A stretch of DNA of 64,000 bases from Octopus sinensis (GCF_006345805.1 NC_043006.1:22692001-22756000); one strand, 5' to 3'. Positions 1 through 11,940 are shown, numbered from the stretch's first letter. Notes: generated from the letters alone by a model not told the origin. Translations and numbers: made by a program.

Positions 1-227
1 AGAGAGAAAAACACAGAAAGAAGGAGAGAAAAAAAAATGCGTGCAGTAGCTAACGAATCAACATGGCGATCTGATTTCGGCCAGAGGTCAAAGATCAAAC
101 ATGAGACGCGAGAGCGAAATAAGGGGAGATAATAGGGTTGATAAAAGGGTTGAGGGACCAGCTAATAGTGCGTAGGAGGGGTCTGGATGTGTGTATGTAT
201 AGGGTTGGTGTATGTATTAGTATGTAT

Positions 228-270
<43 letters not shown>

Positions 271-481
271 AGAGAGTATTAGTGTGTAGGATTGGTCTGG
301 ACGTGTGTATGTATGGGGTTGGTGTATGTATTAGTATGTATTAGTACGTATTGGTATGTATAAGTGTGTGTGTGTGTGTATGAGAGAGTATAAGTGCGTA
401 TGCGGGGTCTGGACGTGTGTATGTATAGGTTGGTGTATGTATTAGTATGTACTAGTATGTATTAGTACGTATTAGTATGTA

Positions 482-3400
482 TTAGTTGGTGTGTGTATTA
501 GTATGGCACATCATATGTGATGTGATGTGTAAAGTCATGTGGTGTAGTGAGGAGAAGAGGGGGAGAAGAGGGTGGAGAGAAGGGGAGGGGAATAAGAGGG
601 GGAGGAGGGGGGAAGAGGAGAGGATGGGGGAGGAGAGGGGGAAGAGGAGAGGATGGGGGAGGAGGGGGATGAAGGAGGAAAGAGGGAGAGGGGGAGAGAG
701 AAGGGGAGAGAGGGAGTGAGGGAGCAGAGGGAAGGGGAAGAGGGAGGGAGAAAGAGGGAAGAAGGGAAGGGGAGTAGGGGTGAAAGGATGAAGGACTGAA
801 GAAGTAGGGGTCGGGGGGAAAGGATAGATGAGGAGGGGGGGAGAGTTGAGACCAAATGGCGTATAAGAGCGAAGAGAGAAGATTAATTCCTGTTCACGGC
901 GCAAACGGGAATCCGGATGGCCTCTGTGTAAGGACAAACCGAACACAGATAGGTGTTGCAAGGAGTGACCGGTGGAGCGGAAATGGCGTGAGACCGGTGT
1001 GTCGTTCGCAAGGTGGATGTCACGAAGGTGTTCCGCGAACCGGTCAGCCAAGCGGCGTCCCGTTTGTCCGATGTACAAGGAATTGCAGAGAGAGCAAGAG
1101 ATGCAATAGATAATATTGCTGGAGGTGCAGGTGAAGGAGTGGATGATGGGATAGGGTCGATGGTGGGTGCTAGTGAGGCGGGTGGTGTTGGAGAGGTAAG
1201 GGCAAGTGCGGCAACGTGGGCGGGAGCAGGGGAACGAGCCGGGTTGGGAGGTAGGGTCAGGGAAGGAGCTATGGACCAAAAGGTCTCGAAGGTTGTGGGC
1301 TCGTTTGAAAGAGGGGAGGGGTCGGTTAGGGAAGAGGTGTGAAGTGGACGGGTCGGACTGGAGATGACGGAAAGCTCGAAGAATGGTGCGTTGGAGACGT
1401 AGGGTCGTGGGGTGGTAAGTGAGGGGAAAAGGGAGGCGGGAGACTACAGGGCGGGTTCGGGGAGAGAGAGCAGATACACAGTCCACGGACCGTGCTCTGG
1501 CAAGGGCGGTGTGGATAGTGGTGAGGGGGTATCGACGTAGGGTGAAGTGGTGAGCCATACGTTGAGACTGAGTCTCAAAGTCATGGTCGTCACTACAGAG
1601 CCTACGTAGACGGAGGAATTGGGAATAGGGGATGGAAAGCTTGGTGTGTTCTGGGTGGGAGGAAGAGAAGTTGAGGTATGAGTGTGAGTCTGTGTGTTTG
1701 TAGTGAATGGAGGTGGTAAGAGTGGAGTGAAGAATGCTAACCGAAATGTCGAGGAAGGAGACAGAGGTGTTGGAGATAGTGGAAGTGAAGTGGAGGGCTG
1801 GATGGAAAGATTGGACGAAAGAGAGGAAGGAATCTAGATGTTCGCGGGAGAGTGAGGTGGCACCGATAATGTCGTCAATGTAACGAACATATAGTTCAGG
1901 AGTGGGATCAGTGAAATTAGAGAATATTTGGGCCTCAACATAGCCAACGAACAGGTTCGCATAGTTGGGGCCCATTCGCGTTCCCATGGCCACTCCCGAG
2001 ACCTGATGGTAGAACTCGCCCGCGAACGAGAAGCAGTTCAGAGTAAGGACAAGTTCGGCCAGACGAATGAGTGTGGAGGTGTCATGTACAGGGTTAGAGC
2101 GGAGGTCAAGAAAGTGTCGAAGGGCCTGCAGTCCTTCGTGGTGAGGGATAACAGTATAGAGGCTTTGGATGTCCATAGTAAAAAGGATTTTGGAGGAGCC
2201 GGGAGGAAAGGAGAAAGAGTTGAAAAGCCGGAGAGCATGGTTGGTATCGTGGATGTGAGAGGGAAGAGATGCCACTAGGGGGGCAAGGACACGGTCGAGG
2301 TATTTAGAGATGAGCTCCGTGGGGCAGTTACAGGCGGAGACGATGGGGCGGCCAGGGTTGTTGGGTTTGTGGATTTTGGGGAGGAAGTAAATGGTGGGGT
2401 TACGTGGGGTTCGCACAATTAGGTTGGATGCGGTGCGGGGGAGACGGGAGGACGAGATGAGGTCTTGGACAGTAGAGGATACCGTCTGTTGGTAGCTACG
2501 TGTGGGGTTAGAGGGCAGAGGGGAATAGAAGGAGGTGTCATTGAGTTGGCGGAAAGCCTCGGCCCTATAGAGGTCCACGCGCCACACCACTACAGCTCCA
2601 CCCTTGTCAGCCGGTTTGATGATAATGTCAGCGCGCCGTTGGAGGGAACGAAGAGCCAAGAGCTCAGCCGGGGAGATGTTGAGGCGGCGTTGGCACCTGG
2701 AGAAGTTGAACCGCTCCAATGCACGCTGACAAGCGCCCGCGAAAAGATCCACTGCTAGGATCTGGCCAGGGGCAGGCGTCCACGGGGATGGTCGGCGGCC
2801 CAGGCCAGTGAAGCAGTCCTCTTCGTTGGGTGTGGGTGGCGAGTCGTGGTAATGCGCACCCAACCGGACACGGCGCACAAAGCTGTGGACATCAACTCGC
2901 GTCTGGAATTCCTTACAGGATGGAGTGAGGGGGGATGAAACGCAGACCCCTACCAAGGACGGAGCGTTCAGCCGCAGAGAGGGGAAGATCGGGGGGAATG
3001 GTAACAACAGACGGAAGTGGAGAAGGGGTGGGTGGAATAGAAGTAGAGGGGTGGTAGGTCTCGTGGAGGTCTGAGGGGGAGGGATTGGGGAGGTGTGTGG
3101 GGGGTGGGTTGGGCGGGGCAGTAGGGTTAGGTGTAGGTGGATGGAGCCTAACGGGAGGGGAGAAGGGGTTGTAGGGAGGGGCAGTGGGGTTAGGTGTGGG
3201 TGGATGGAGCCTATCGGGAGGGGAGAAGGGTGGTGGAGGAGTTGGGGTAGTGGCGTCGGGTAGGGTGGAATGGAAGAGTGATTGGAGTTTACGAAGTTTG
3301 GTATCAGAAAGAAATTGATGGAAGAGTTGATTCAAATGGATAATGAAGCGTAGCGTGTTTGGAGCATAGAGAGGCGGCAGAGAGAAGAAGGTGGAGAAAG

Positions 3401-3773
3401 CAGGAGGAAGAAGGCGGTTGATGGCATGTAGTTTGGAGAGATTGGAGCGAATGGTGGCCCGCATAAGGCGGTAAGATGTGGTGCGGAGTATGGGTAAGAT
3501 GGAAGAATCCGAGTGGAGAGCAGGGTGGAAGTGGAGGCGGAAACCTTTAGGGATGAGTCGGTGATGTAGGCAGCGGCTTAGGAAAGAGACATGGCTAGAG
3601 AAGCGGGTTTTTTTAAAAAGAAGTAGAGAGAGATTAACGGACGGCTGAAGGCAATATACAGGAAGCGAACGGAGATGATACTTCAAACGGTGATGGAGGG
3701 TGAGGAGGTAGGACCTAGGATCTGGCATGATGGGATAGCGGAAAAAAAACGTTCGAAAAAAAAAAAAAAACAA
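482..3773 (-). CDS. PLE polyprotein (N-terminal domain + RT + GIY-YIG) split by one frameshift
   Basis: ORF 2913-3773 (...SVLGRGLRFIP) and ORF 482-3007 (LTPSCKEFQTRVD...) join into one frame if one base is removed from the G6 run at 2929-2934. Confidence 0.85.
3116..3236 (-). repeat. 63-bp tandem duplication inside the PLE ORF (Pro-rich 21-aa repeat)
   Basis: PFSPPDRLHPPTPNPTAPP / PFSPPVRLHPPTPNPTAPP in ORF 2913-3773. Confidence 0.85.
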
Positions 3774-4449
3774 AAAAACAAAAATTATCGTATGAAAAAA
3801 ATAGAAAAAAAGGATAGCGAAAAAAGGGGAAAAAACAAACGTTCAAAAAAACAAAAAATAATAATCGTATGAAAAAACTAGATAAGTAAGCGATAGGGGC
3901 AGAAAAGACGGGGCAAACGGAAAAGGGAAAGAAAGAAGGGAAGCAGAGAGAGGGGGAGGCAAAAAAAGGGGGGTGCAGGCAGAGGAAACGGAGTATGGAC
4001 TTCCAGAGAGGGAAGAAAGACGGAAAGGAGAACAAAAATTCAGGAAAATGTGGAAAGCATGAAATGAATGTAAAAAAAGTGGTAATATAAGAGAAAATAA
4101 AAATACAACAAACGGGACAGTTTATGCGAACAAGTTCAAGGTTGAAAGTTCAAGGTGAGAAATGTGTAGACGTCGTGGTATATTTTTTAAGGATTTCACA
4201 TCAATGCAAAGTCACTTTGATCCGCGAAAGAGAGGTGCAGCCAATGGTAAGTATCCAAGAGGTAAAGAAAATCCAAGGTAGAGGTAAGTGTTGATAGTGG
4301 TATTGGTAGAATATAGGATGAAAGTGAGACCACGTGAGCGCATAATATATAACGGGAAGCTTTATGAAAATAAACAAAAGACGAAGGCAGGTGGAAAACA
4401 AACGAACAATTGTATTAGTATGGCGCTCAGGAAATATAAATAAAACAAG

Positions 4450-4487
4450 TCTTTAACGTTTCGAGCCTACGCTCTTCAACAGAAAGA
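4450..4487 (-). ncRNA. Minimal type I hammerhead ribozyme of the PLE pseudo-LTR region
   Basis: Minus strand reads TCTTT-CTGTTGA-A-GAGC GTAG GCTC-GAAA-CGT-T-AAAGA: helix I TCTTT/AAAGA, helix II GAGC/GCTC, core CUGNNGA...GAAA, palindromic ACGT helix III. A6 is replaced by U. Confidence 0.8.
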
Positions 4488-5174
4488 TACACAGAGAGAG
4501 AAAAACACAGAAAGAAGGAGAGAAAAAAAAATGCGTGCAGTAGCTAATGAATCAACATGGCGATCTGATTTCGGCCAGAGGTCAAAGATCAAACATGAGA
4601 TGCGAGAGCGAAATAAGGGGAGATAATAGGGTTGATAAAAGGGTTGAGGGACCAGCTAATAGTGCGTAGGAGGGGTCTGGATGTGTGTATGCATAGGGTT
4701 GGTGTATGTATTAGTATGTATAAGGGTGTGTGTGTGTGTGTGTATGAGAGAGTATTAGTGCGTAGGATTGGTCTGGACGTGCGTATGTATGGGGTTGGTG
4801 TATGTATTAGTATGTATTAGTACGTATTGGTATGTATAAGTGTGTGTGTGTGTATGAGAGAGTATAAGTGCGTATGCGGGGTCTGGACGTGTGTATGTAT
4901 AGGGTTGGTGTATGTATTAGTATGTACTAGTATGTATTAGTACGTATTAGTATGTATTAGTTGGTGTGTGTATTAGTATGGCACATCATATATATATATT
5001 AAATTAGAGATAAATCCACTATTAGGCAAATCAAACAGTGAAAAACATAAACTAAAAAATTAATTAATATAATATACAAAATATATAAAATATAAAATTC
5101 AAAATTTAAATTATTTAAATTTAAAGCTAAAAATAAAAAACTTTTTTTTAATTATTAATTTATACTTATAAATT

Positions 5175-5214
<40 letters not shown>

Positions 5215-5388
5215 TTTTTTATTATTTTATAATTGAGGTTATATATCTGTTTACATATATATTGGCTTATTTCATTCATTTACATGAATCACTTACACAT
5301 ATGTTTGTAATCAATTAATAAATAGATATAACTGAATGTTTACTGGCTGAAGTTTGTTGATTGTTTATCCTCTCCATTTTCTTACTTG

Positions 5389-5434
<46 letters not shown>

Positions 5435-5579
5435 CAAACTTCTTTCAGTTTCTATCTACCAAATCCACTCACAAGTCTTTGGTCAGTGCAAGGCTATAGT
5501 AGAAGACACTTGCCAAAGGTATCATACAGTGAGACCGAACCCAAAACCAAGTGGTTGGGAAGCAAGCGTCTTACCATGC

Positions 5580-5950
5580 AACCATCATCATCATCATCAT
5601 CGTTTAACGTCCGTTCTCCATGCTAGCATGGGTTGGACGGTTCGACCGGGGATCTGGGAAGCCAGAAGGCTGCACCAGGCTCCAGTCTTATCTGGCAATG
5701 TTTCTACAGCTGGATGCCCTTCCTAACGCCAACCACTCCGTGAGTGTAGTGGGTGCTTTTTACGTGCCACCTGCACAGGTGCCAGGTGAGGCTGGCAACG
5801 GCCACGGTTGGATTGGTGTATTTTACGTGCCACCGGCACGGAAGCCAGCCGAGGCGGTGCTGGCATCGGCCACGAGTCGGATAGTGCTTTTTACGTACCA
5901 CCAGACCAGGGATCCTGGCTGGTTCAATTCGATTTCGATTTCGATTTCGC
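5580..5950 (-). mobile_element. SINE-like family C (GGTTGGCGTTAGGAAGGGCATCC core, (GAT)n tail); representative copy
   Basis: Near-identical copy at 45200-45510; others at ~8470-8680(+), 23445-23590, 24890-25110(+), 28530-28680, 36345-36580, 62750-62850(+). Confidence 0.85.
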
Positions 5951-6068
5951 TTGCCCCAATATGTCTTGACTGTCTATTTTTCATGTCTGACCACTGAAAC
6001 TGCAAAATCTAACTGGAACTTACTGAACAACAACAACAACAACAAAATCAACACAAAATATTACTTAC

Positions 6069-7487
6069 TCAGGTCTTCAATCGATGGAATCTCTTCCAAT
6101 AAGAGCATTTCATCAGACAAGTGAGAAGAAAGAAATGACTCGTTATTACTTAAATCATTTAAAACAGTAGAAAGTGGAGTTCTTGCAGCAAGTTCGTCAG
6201 TTAAACATCCACTGCAATAATCTTTACTGTCATCATAGTCTTGATTTGTACAGATATGTAAACATTCCTTACTGGCAGATAATTCTCTCATACTTTCAGT
6301 ATATCCTACTACACTGCCGGAGAGCTCTTCCCTACTACTAAATATTACTTCACTGCTTCCTAATTTTTCCTTACTTCCATACAATCCTTCCCTACTGCTA
6401 TCCATTCCTCTCAGACTTCTACGTAACCCTTTTCTACTTCTATGTGATCCTTTTCTACTGGCACATCGTGCTCTTCTGTCATCTAATACCTTTCTACTGT
6501 CATCTGATCCTCTTCTACTGTCATCTAATCCCTTTATACTGTCATCTGATCCTTTTCTACTGCCATCTGATCCCATTCTACTGTCCTCTGATTCCTTTCT
6601 ACTGCTAACTGATCCCTTTCTACTGCTAACTGATCCCTTTCTACTAACATCTGATCCCCTTCTACTGTCATATGATCCTTTTCTACTGTCACATGATCCT
6701 TTTCTACTGTCATGTGATCCTTTTCTACTCCTATGTGATCCCTTTCTACTGATATCTGATCCTTTTCTACTGCCATCTGATCCTTCCCTGCCAACATCTG
6801 ATCCTTTTCTATTGACATCTATTTCTTTTCTACTGCCATCTGATCCTTCCCTGCCTTTCTGTACTTTTTTTATACCTTCTCTAAGACTATCACAGCTATG
6901 AGATGCTTTTCTAATGCAAAGTAACAGTTCCCGATCACCATATTCGTCTTCCTTATTGCAAGGAAATCTTTCCTTAACACTGCTTAATTCTTCCTTAATG
7001 TTAGGTAATCTTTCCTTATCGACACATAATTCTTCCCTACTACTAAGTGCTTCTTCCTTACTACTATATACTTCTTCCCTCCTTTCACTTAAATCTTCCA
7101 GGCTACCAAATATTACTTCTGTATGCCCAGTTTTTCTTTCTATACTAGTAACTGATCCTTCTCCATGGCCAAATGCTTCTTCAGCATTTTCTTCTCTGCT
7201 GGTTTGTGATTTATCCTCACTGGTTTGTAATATTTCTCTACTGCCAGGTAATGCTACTTTACTGGCAAGTGATCCATTTTGACTGATAGATAATTCTTCC
7301 GTAGTGTCAAGTAACACTTCAAGAAGCTGATTTTCTCTGACATTGATGTCTTTGCTGAGATCTTGGCGTTTTAGGTTTTCATCTTCCAGTGTTCTTTCTG
7401 CTTGATCTGAAGATTTCTGGTATTCCACATCTTTAACAGCTACTTTTGACTTTTCCAAGTTATCTTTCTGGCTCTCATCATCAACAA
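6069..7487 (-). CDS. XRRA1: XRRA1-like gene, exon 8 (large low-complexity exon with 7-aa repeat array)
   Basis: Acceptor TTTCTAATTTTAG before 7487, donor GTAAGT after 6069; 1419 nt open, phase 1-1, fits the phase-1 end of exon 7. No recalled XRRA1 similarity within this exon, so inclusion is inferred. Confidence 0.7.
6340..6860 (-). repeat. Coding 21-bp minisatellite (SRKGSxx)n
   Basis: Plus-strand unit TGATCCTTTTCTACTGTCATC, more than 20 degenerate copies, in frame. Confidence 0.95.
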
Positions 7488-8306
7488 CTAAAATTAGAAA
7501 TAAGTGAATTTATTTGAAGCAGGTTACACCAAGTTTTGTAGCTAATACTAGAGGGAATGGACAGGGTCAACAGTAATGATTTCAATATATTCTTTGTACA
7601 TAAACTAACACTAGAGAGAGATGAAAAACAGGGTCAAATAAGAATTAACAGAACAAATTTAAAACATGAAATAACATCATAACCTTCTTATAGATTTTGA
7701 GCTTCATCATGTATCAATATCTCAAAGAGGTCAGTGAATTAGAATATTATTACCCTTAATTTGGTAATAGAAAATGGCATTAGAAAGCATCCAGCTGTAG
7801 AAACAATGTCAAATTTGACACTGAAACTCTGCAGCTCACAAGATCCGGTGAAACCATTCGATCAATGCCAGCATGGAAAAAGGACATCAAATGATGATAA
7901 TGATGATGACGACGACGATGATGGTGATAATGATGATGAAATAGATACAATGACTTCAACTTATTATCAATGTTTTCATACATGTACATCCAAGAATAAG
8001 ATATAATGGTCAGAGATAAAGTTAATTATAATGTAATCACCATTGTCATCATCATCATCATCATTTCTTTGATGTCCACTTTTTCATGCTTACATGAGTC
8101 ACATGGAGATCATTGAGGCAGTCTTTCAATGACTGGATGCAAATTTCTGTCACCAAACAAGGTAATGTTACCTTGTAACCTGACATGTTTTCATGGAAGA
8201 TTGGAAACAAATAACACAATGTCAAAACAAAGTGCAAGCAAACACACACATACATATTCATACATACACACGCACACAGACATATATATATATTTTTACA
8301 CTTTTC

Positions 8307-8351
<45 letters not shown>

Positions 8352-9050
8352 TTAATATTTGAGGGAATAAAATCCAAAACTTACAAGGAAAAAAAATTCA
8401 ATTTAGAAGTACTAAATCAAATTTCACACAATATAATATATATAATATAATGTAAAAAGCACCATCCAATCATGGCCGTTTGCCAGCCTCGTCTGGCACC
8501 TGTGCAGGTGGCACGTAAAAAGCACCCACTACAATCACGGAGTGGTTGGCGTTAGGAAGGGCATCCAGCTGTAGAAACACTGCCAGATCAGACTGGGCCT
8601 GGCGCAGCCTTCTGGCTTCCCAGACCCCAGTTGAACCGTCCAACCCATGCTAGGATGGAAAACGGACGTTAAACGATGACATCTGTTCCTGCATCCAATC
8701 AACACTTGGCACAAAGCCACTTCCCTCAATTCTGCAACCCCTTTCCATTAAGGAAACTTGTCTTGTGTAAGTGAAAGACTGACAGGGACATATTGAGTGA
8801 AGGGCCAAGCTGAGAGCATACATATTAAGCTTCCAGAACTTCAGTTTTGCTGAGTTAGCATCGATGGTTAGGTCTTCTTGAGTATTATATATTGTCAATT
8901 ATTTTAGTTCTTTGTCATCACCTTCATGAGGCTCAATGTCATGAGGCCAGCCTTGACCATTTTATCCTGTGCCTTCCTGGGTTTCCTTCTTCCACATGTT
9001 TCCTCCACTGTAACTGCTTAAGTGAGTGGAAGACGGAGAACCAGGAAATA

Positions 9051-9273
9051 TATGAGAGGAAGGTGCTGAAAAGTTCCTGGCTTTGGGTAAAAGAAAATAG
9101 ACGAGGATCAGTTAATTATGATTTAATGCAACATATTCCCCTCTCAGATTCACACACTTATTGCAGTGGTCCTTCAGTTTTTCTAAGCCCTGTAAAAGAA
9201 CTCAGAAGGTTGGACCTCCAGCCAGGCCTTTCAAGATACCCTTTAAGCCAGAAACTTTTCAGCACCCCCTTGT
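9051..9273. mobile_element. Mariner-derived MITE (second, inverted copy ~60690-60915)
   Basis: TIRs GGTGCTGAAAAGTT / AACTTTTCAGCACC; shared internal sequence between the two copies. Confidence 0.7.
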
Positions 9274-9821
9274 GTGTGTGTGTGTGTGCTTGTGTGTGTG
9301 TGCTTGTGTGTGTGTGTGTGTGCATGTATATATGTGTGTGTGTGTGTGTGGAGGTGCAATGGCCCAGTGATTAGGGCAGCGGATTCGTGGTTGTAGGATC
9401 GCGGTTTCAATTCTCAGACAGGGCATTGTGAGTATTTACAATGGCGAACCCTGCTGTACTCTTCCACCTCAACTTTCTCTCATTCTTTCTTCCTGTTTCA
9501 GTTGTACCTGTATTTCAAAGGGCCAGCCTTGTCATAATCTGTGTCATGCTGAATCTCCCCAAGAACTACATTAAGGGTACATGTGTGTCTGTGGAGTGCT
9601 CAGCCACATGTATGTTAATTTCATGAGCGGGCTGTTCTGTCGATCGGATCAACTGGACTCTTGTCGTTGTAACTGACGGAGTGCAACCATTGACACATTA
9701 TGAATGTTAAGGAATGTTAGACAAATTACAAATTCAGATACCATCTGTTAATATTATTTTTAGATAACATTTATATTGTAGGAAGAAATTTATTGTACTT
9801 TTGGCAATCTTTGATCCTTAA

Positions 9822-10044
9822 CCCTTGAGCATTCACATTGTTCTGTCAAAACTAATGGTTATTTAGTCACATGTTTTGAATTAATCATGCATCAGTCATG
9901 TTATAGTTTCAAGATTTTGATGAGGCAATTGTTAATTTTTAGAATGACATTATAGGGTTGGTGTGAGAGGCTAGATCTGGCCACTTTGTATATAAAACTG
10001 GTAGAATATTTTGGCCGGACATGGCTGGTTTAAATGCTCATGGG
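9822..10044. mobile_element. piggyBac-type MITE
   Basis: TTAA at 9818-9821 and 10045-10048; TIRs CCCTTGAGCATT / AATGCTCATGGG. Confidence 0.8.
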
Positions 10045-10067
10045 TTAAATGTAGTTATATGAAATTA

Positions 10068-10270
10068 TCTATTATATAAAATCTGTCCTGTCTGTCTGTG
10101 TGTGTGTCTTCTAGGATCTCGGGCATCCTCCATCTGATTGCGCTCAAATTTGATATGTAAATATCAACAGTATCAGGGCGTGTATAAGTCTTGAAAAAAT
10201 CAAAAAAATCGATTCCAGGTGAGAATGCGATCAATAAAGCCGTGGGAATGTGCGTTTGTATGCGCAAATA
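10068..10270 (+). mobile_element. Truncated Helitron-like 5' end
   Basis: TCTATTATATAAAATCTGTCC followed by GTCT/GT repeats; no 3' hairpin-CTAG seen. Confidence 0.4.
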
Positions 10271-11254
10271 TATATAAATATATATAATCCGTCCATCTAG
10301 ATTTACCTCCAGCTAACCCATTTGCATGCATCATTTTTGTCCTGCTTTTCTTCCGTCAACCTGTACATAACTGCACCTTCCATTTTTTGTTGTTTTTGTA
10401 CTGCTTAAAGGCACGTTTCTTTCCTGCCAAGCTTACTGTTTAAACCATGTTTGTGTTCTCCCAATCAAAAGCTTTATCATTTCTGGTACTTTAAACTCTT
10501 CAGTTGCATATTTGTGTGAATAAAATCGTTTTTCTTTGGAATAGGAAAAAGTCTATCTTTCTTCTTTTGCTGGTGTCTCAAATTTAGGTTAAATCAGTGT
10601 TTCTCAAAGGGGAGGCCTATGGGACGGTCGGACAAATTGTTTTGAGAAAATTTGACTTAAATGTTTGACAACTCAGCACCGTCCATTGGATGGGGAGCAT
10701 TTTGCTCATGCAAAATAAATACAGGCACATCACCAATTTTCTGGCACTTTTAGTTCAAGACCCATACCAAATTATCCATTAGCTAAATTAAAAGAAGGTA
10801 CATAATAATAGTACCGGGTAAATTCTTAGAAGATTGCTGCCATGATATTAAAAACATTTTTGCTACAAAATTTACTTGACATACTTTTATTTATTCACTA
10901 GAAACATGTTATAAAGACGGAAATATTCTTCCACTCCTTCAACTGTAGTAACATGAAGGTACAAATATTGCTTTCAAGTTACGGTGCAAGGCCAGAAATT
11001 TTTAGGGAGGGAGTAAGTCTATTACATTGATTCCCCCATTGTTCAACTGGTACATATTTCCTCAAACCCCAAAAGGATGGAAAGCAAAGTCAACCTTGGT
11101 GGAATTTGAACTCCAAATGTAAAACCAGCTCACTGGTTTATGAAGGTACAAATATTGAAAGCAAAATCTAATGCCACATGCTAACTTCTAAAGCCACTGG
11201 GCCCTCCCTAGTCCATCTCTTCAAACATAACTGTGAAAAGCATATATTTATCTT

Positions 11255-11387
11255 TTTTTCTTCTGGAAAGAAAGTGAAATAAAGTGTCTTGCTCAAGTAG
11301 AGAACACACAGCCCGGTCTGGGAATCAAACTCAGTACTTCATGGTTGTGAGCCCGATGCTCTAACTACAGAGCCATGTGCCTTCACT
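11255..11387 (-). mobile_element. CORE-type SINE head (related pieces at ~34800-34975 and 55030-55258)
   Basis: Minus-strand tRNA-like head followed by CTTGAGCAAGACACTT. Confidence 0.65.
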
Positions 11388-11788
11388 ATGTAATTATAAC
11401 CAGATTGAAAACAGGTACTGTATATCTAGTTGCCAGAATCTTGGTATTGTGCCTATACAATATTAGATTTTCTGCTTTAAAGTCAGTGTCATTTGCTACA
11501 TGGCACCCTCATAGACATGCATACACCCCCATATATCCTTCAGACTACCACAAGAATTTGAGCCATTCAGTCAACAGAATTACCTACTTCTTGAATCGCA
11601 GACACTGAGTATCTCACAGTCATTTGCACACTTAACTGACATTCAGGTAGAATCAGCTGGGATCTTGAATCACAAAGGAATTCTACAGAATCTACATCTA
11701 CTAATTTTACTTCACACTTGAAGCTTTCAGTAACAGAAATGTATTTAGATCAAAATTGCAGTGTAAGGAAAAAAAAATAGTTGTTAAC

Positions 11789-11940
11789 CTCTGTAATAAC
11801 CGGTTTCCTTTCTTTTTATTTCTGGTTGCTGAGTATCCTGTTTAGTACTGTCCCCTACAGGAAAAAAGCTTTCTGTACTCTCCTTCTCCAAACAAGGAAT
11901 ATGGTAGATGCTGTTTCCTTCAAGGTCTAAATATATCAAG
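11789..11940 (-). CDS. XRRA1: XRRA1-like exon 7 (LIYLDLEGNSIYHIPCL...)
   Basis: CTTTTTGCAG acceptor, phase 2 start, LRR consensus, resembles XRRA1 LKKLSLDENRIIRIPYL as recalled. Donor GTTAAC is weak. Confidence 0.85.

Larger units (their letters stand above)
1..4991 (-). mobile_element. Penelope-like retroelement (Neptune-type), near intact, with direct pseudo-LTR repeats; runs off the window start
   Basis: Direct repeat 1-515 vs 4495-4991. Internal ORFs carry RT motifs (DIQSLYT, GVAMGTRMGPNYANLF, RYIDD), a Cys linker CSRPRCRTC and a GIY-YIG endonuclease (NIIYCISC...YIGQTGR...RFAEH). The 5' end abuts a (TA)n run at 4988-5000. Confidence 0.95.

Noticed and set aside
6534-6818. Alternative-frame heptad ORF (VEKDQM...) resembling a coiled coil
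   Set aside because: By-product of the 21-bp repeat; no start or splice support.
6340-6860. Regular short repeats suggestive of a CRISPR array
   Set aside because: Contiguous 21-bp units without spacers, in a eukaryotic exon; no cas genes.
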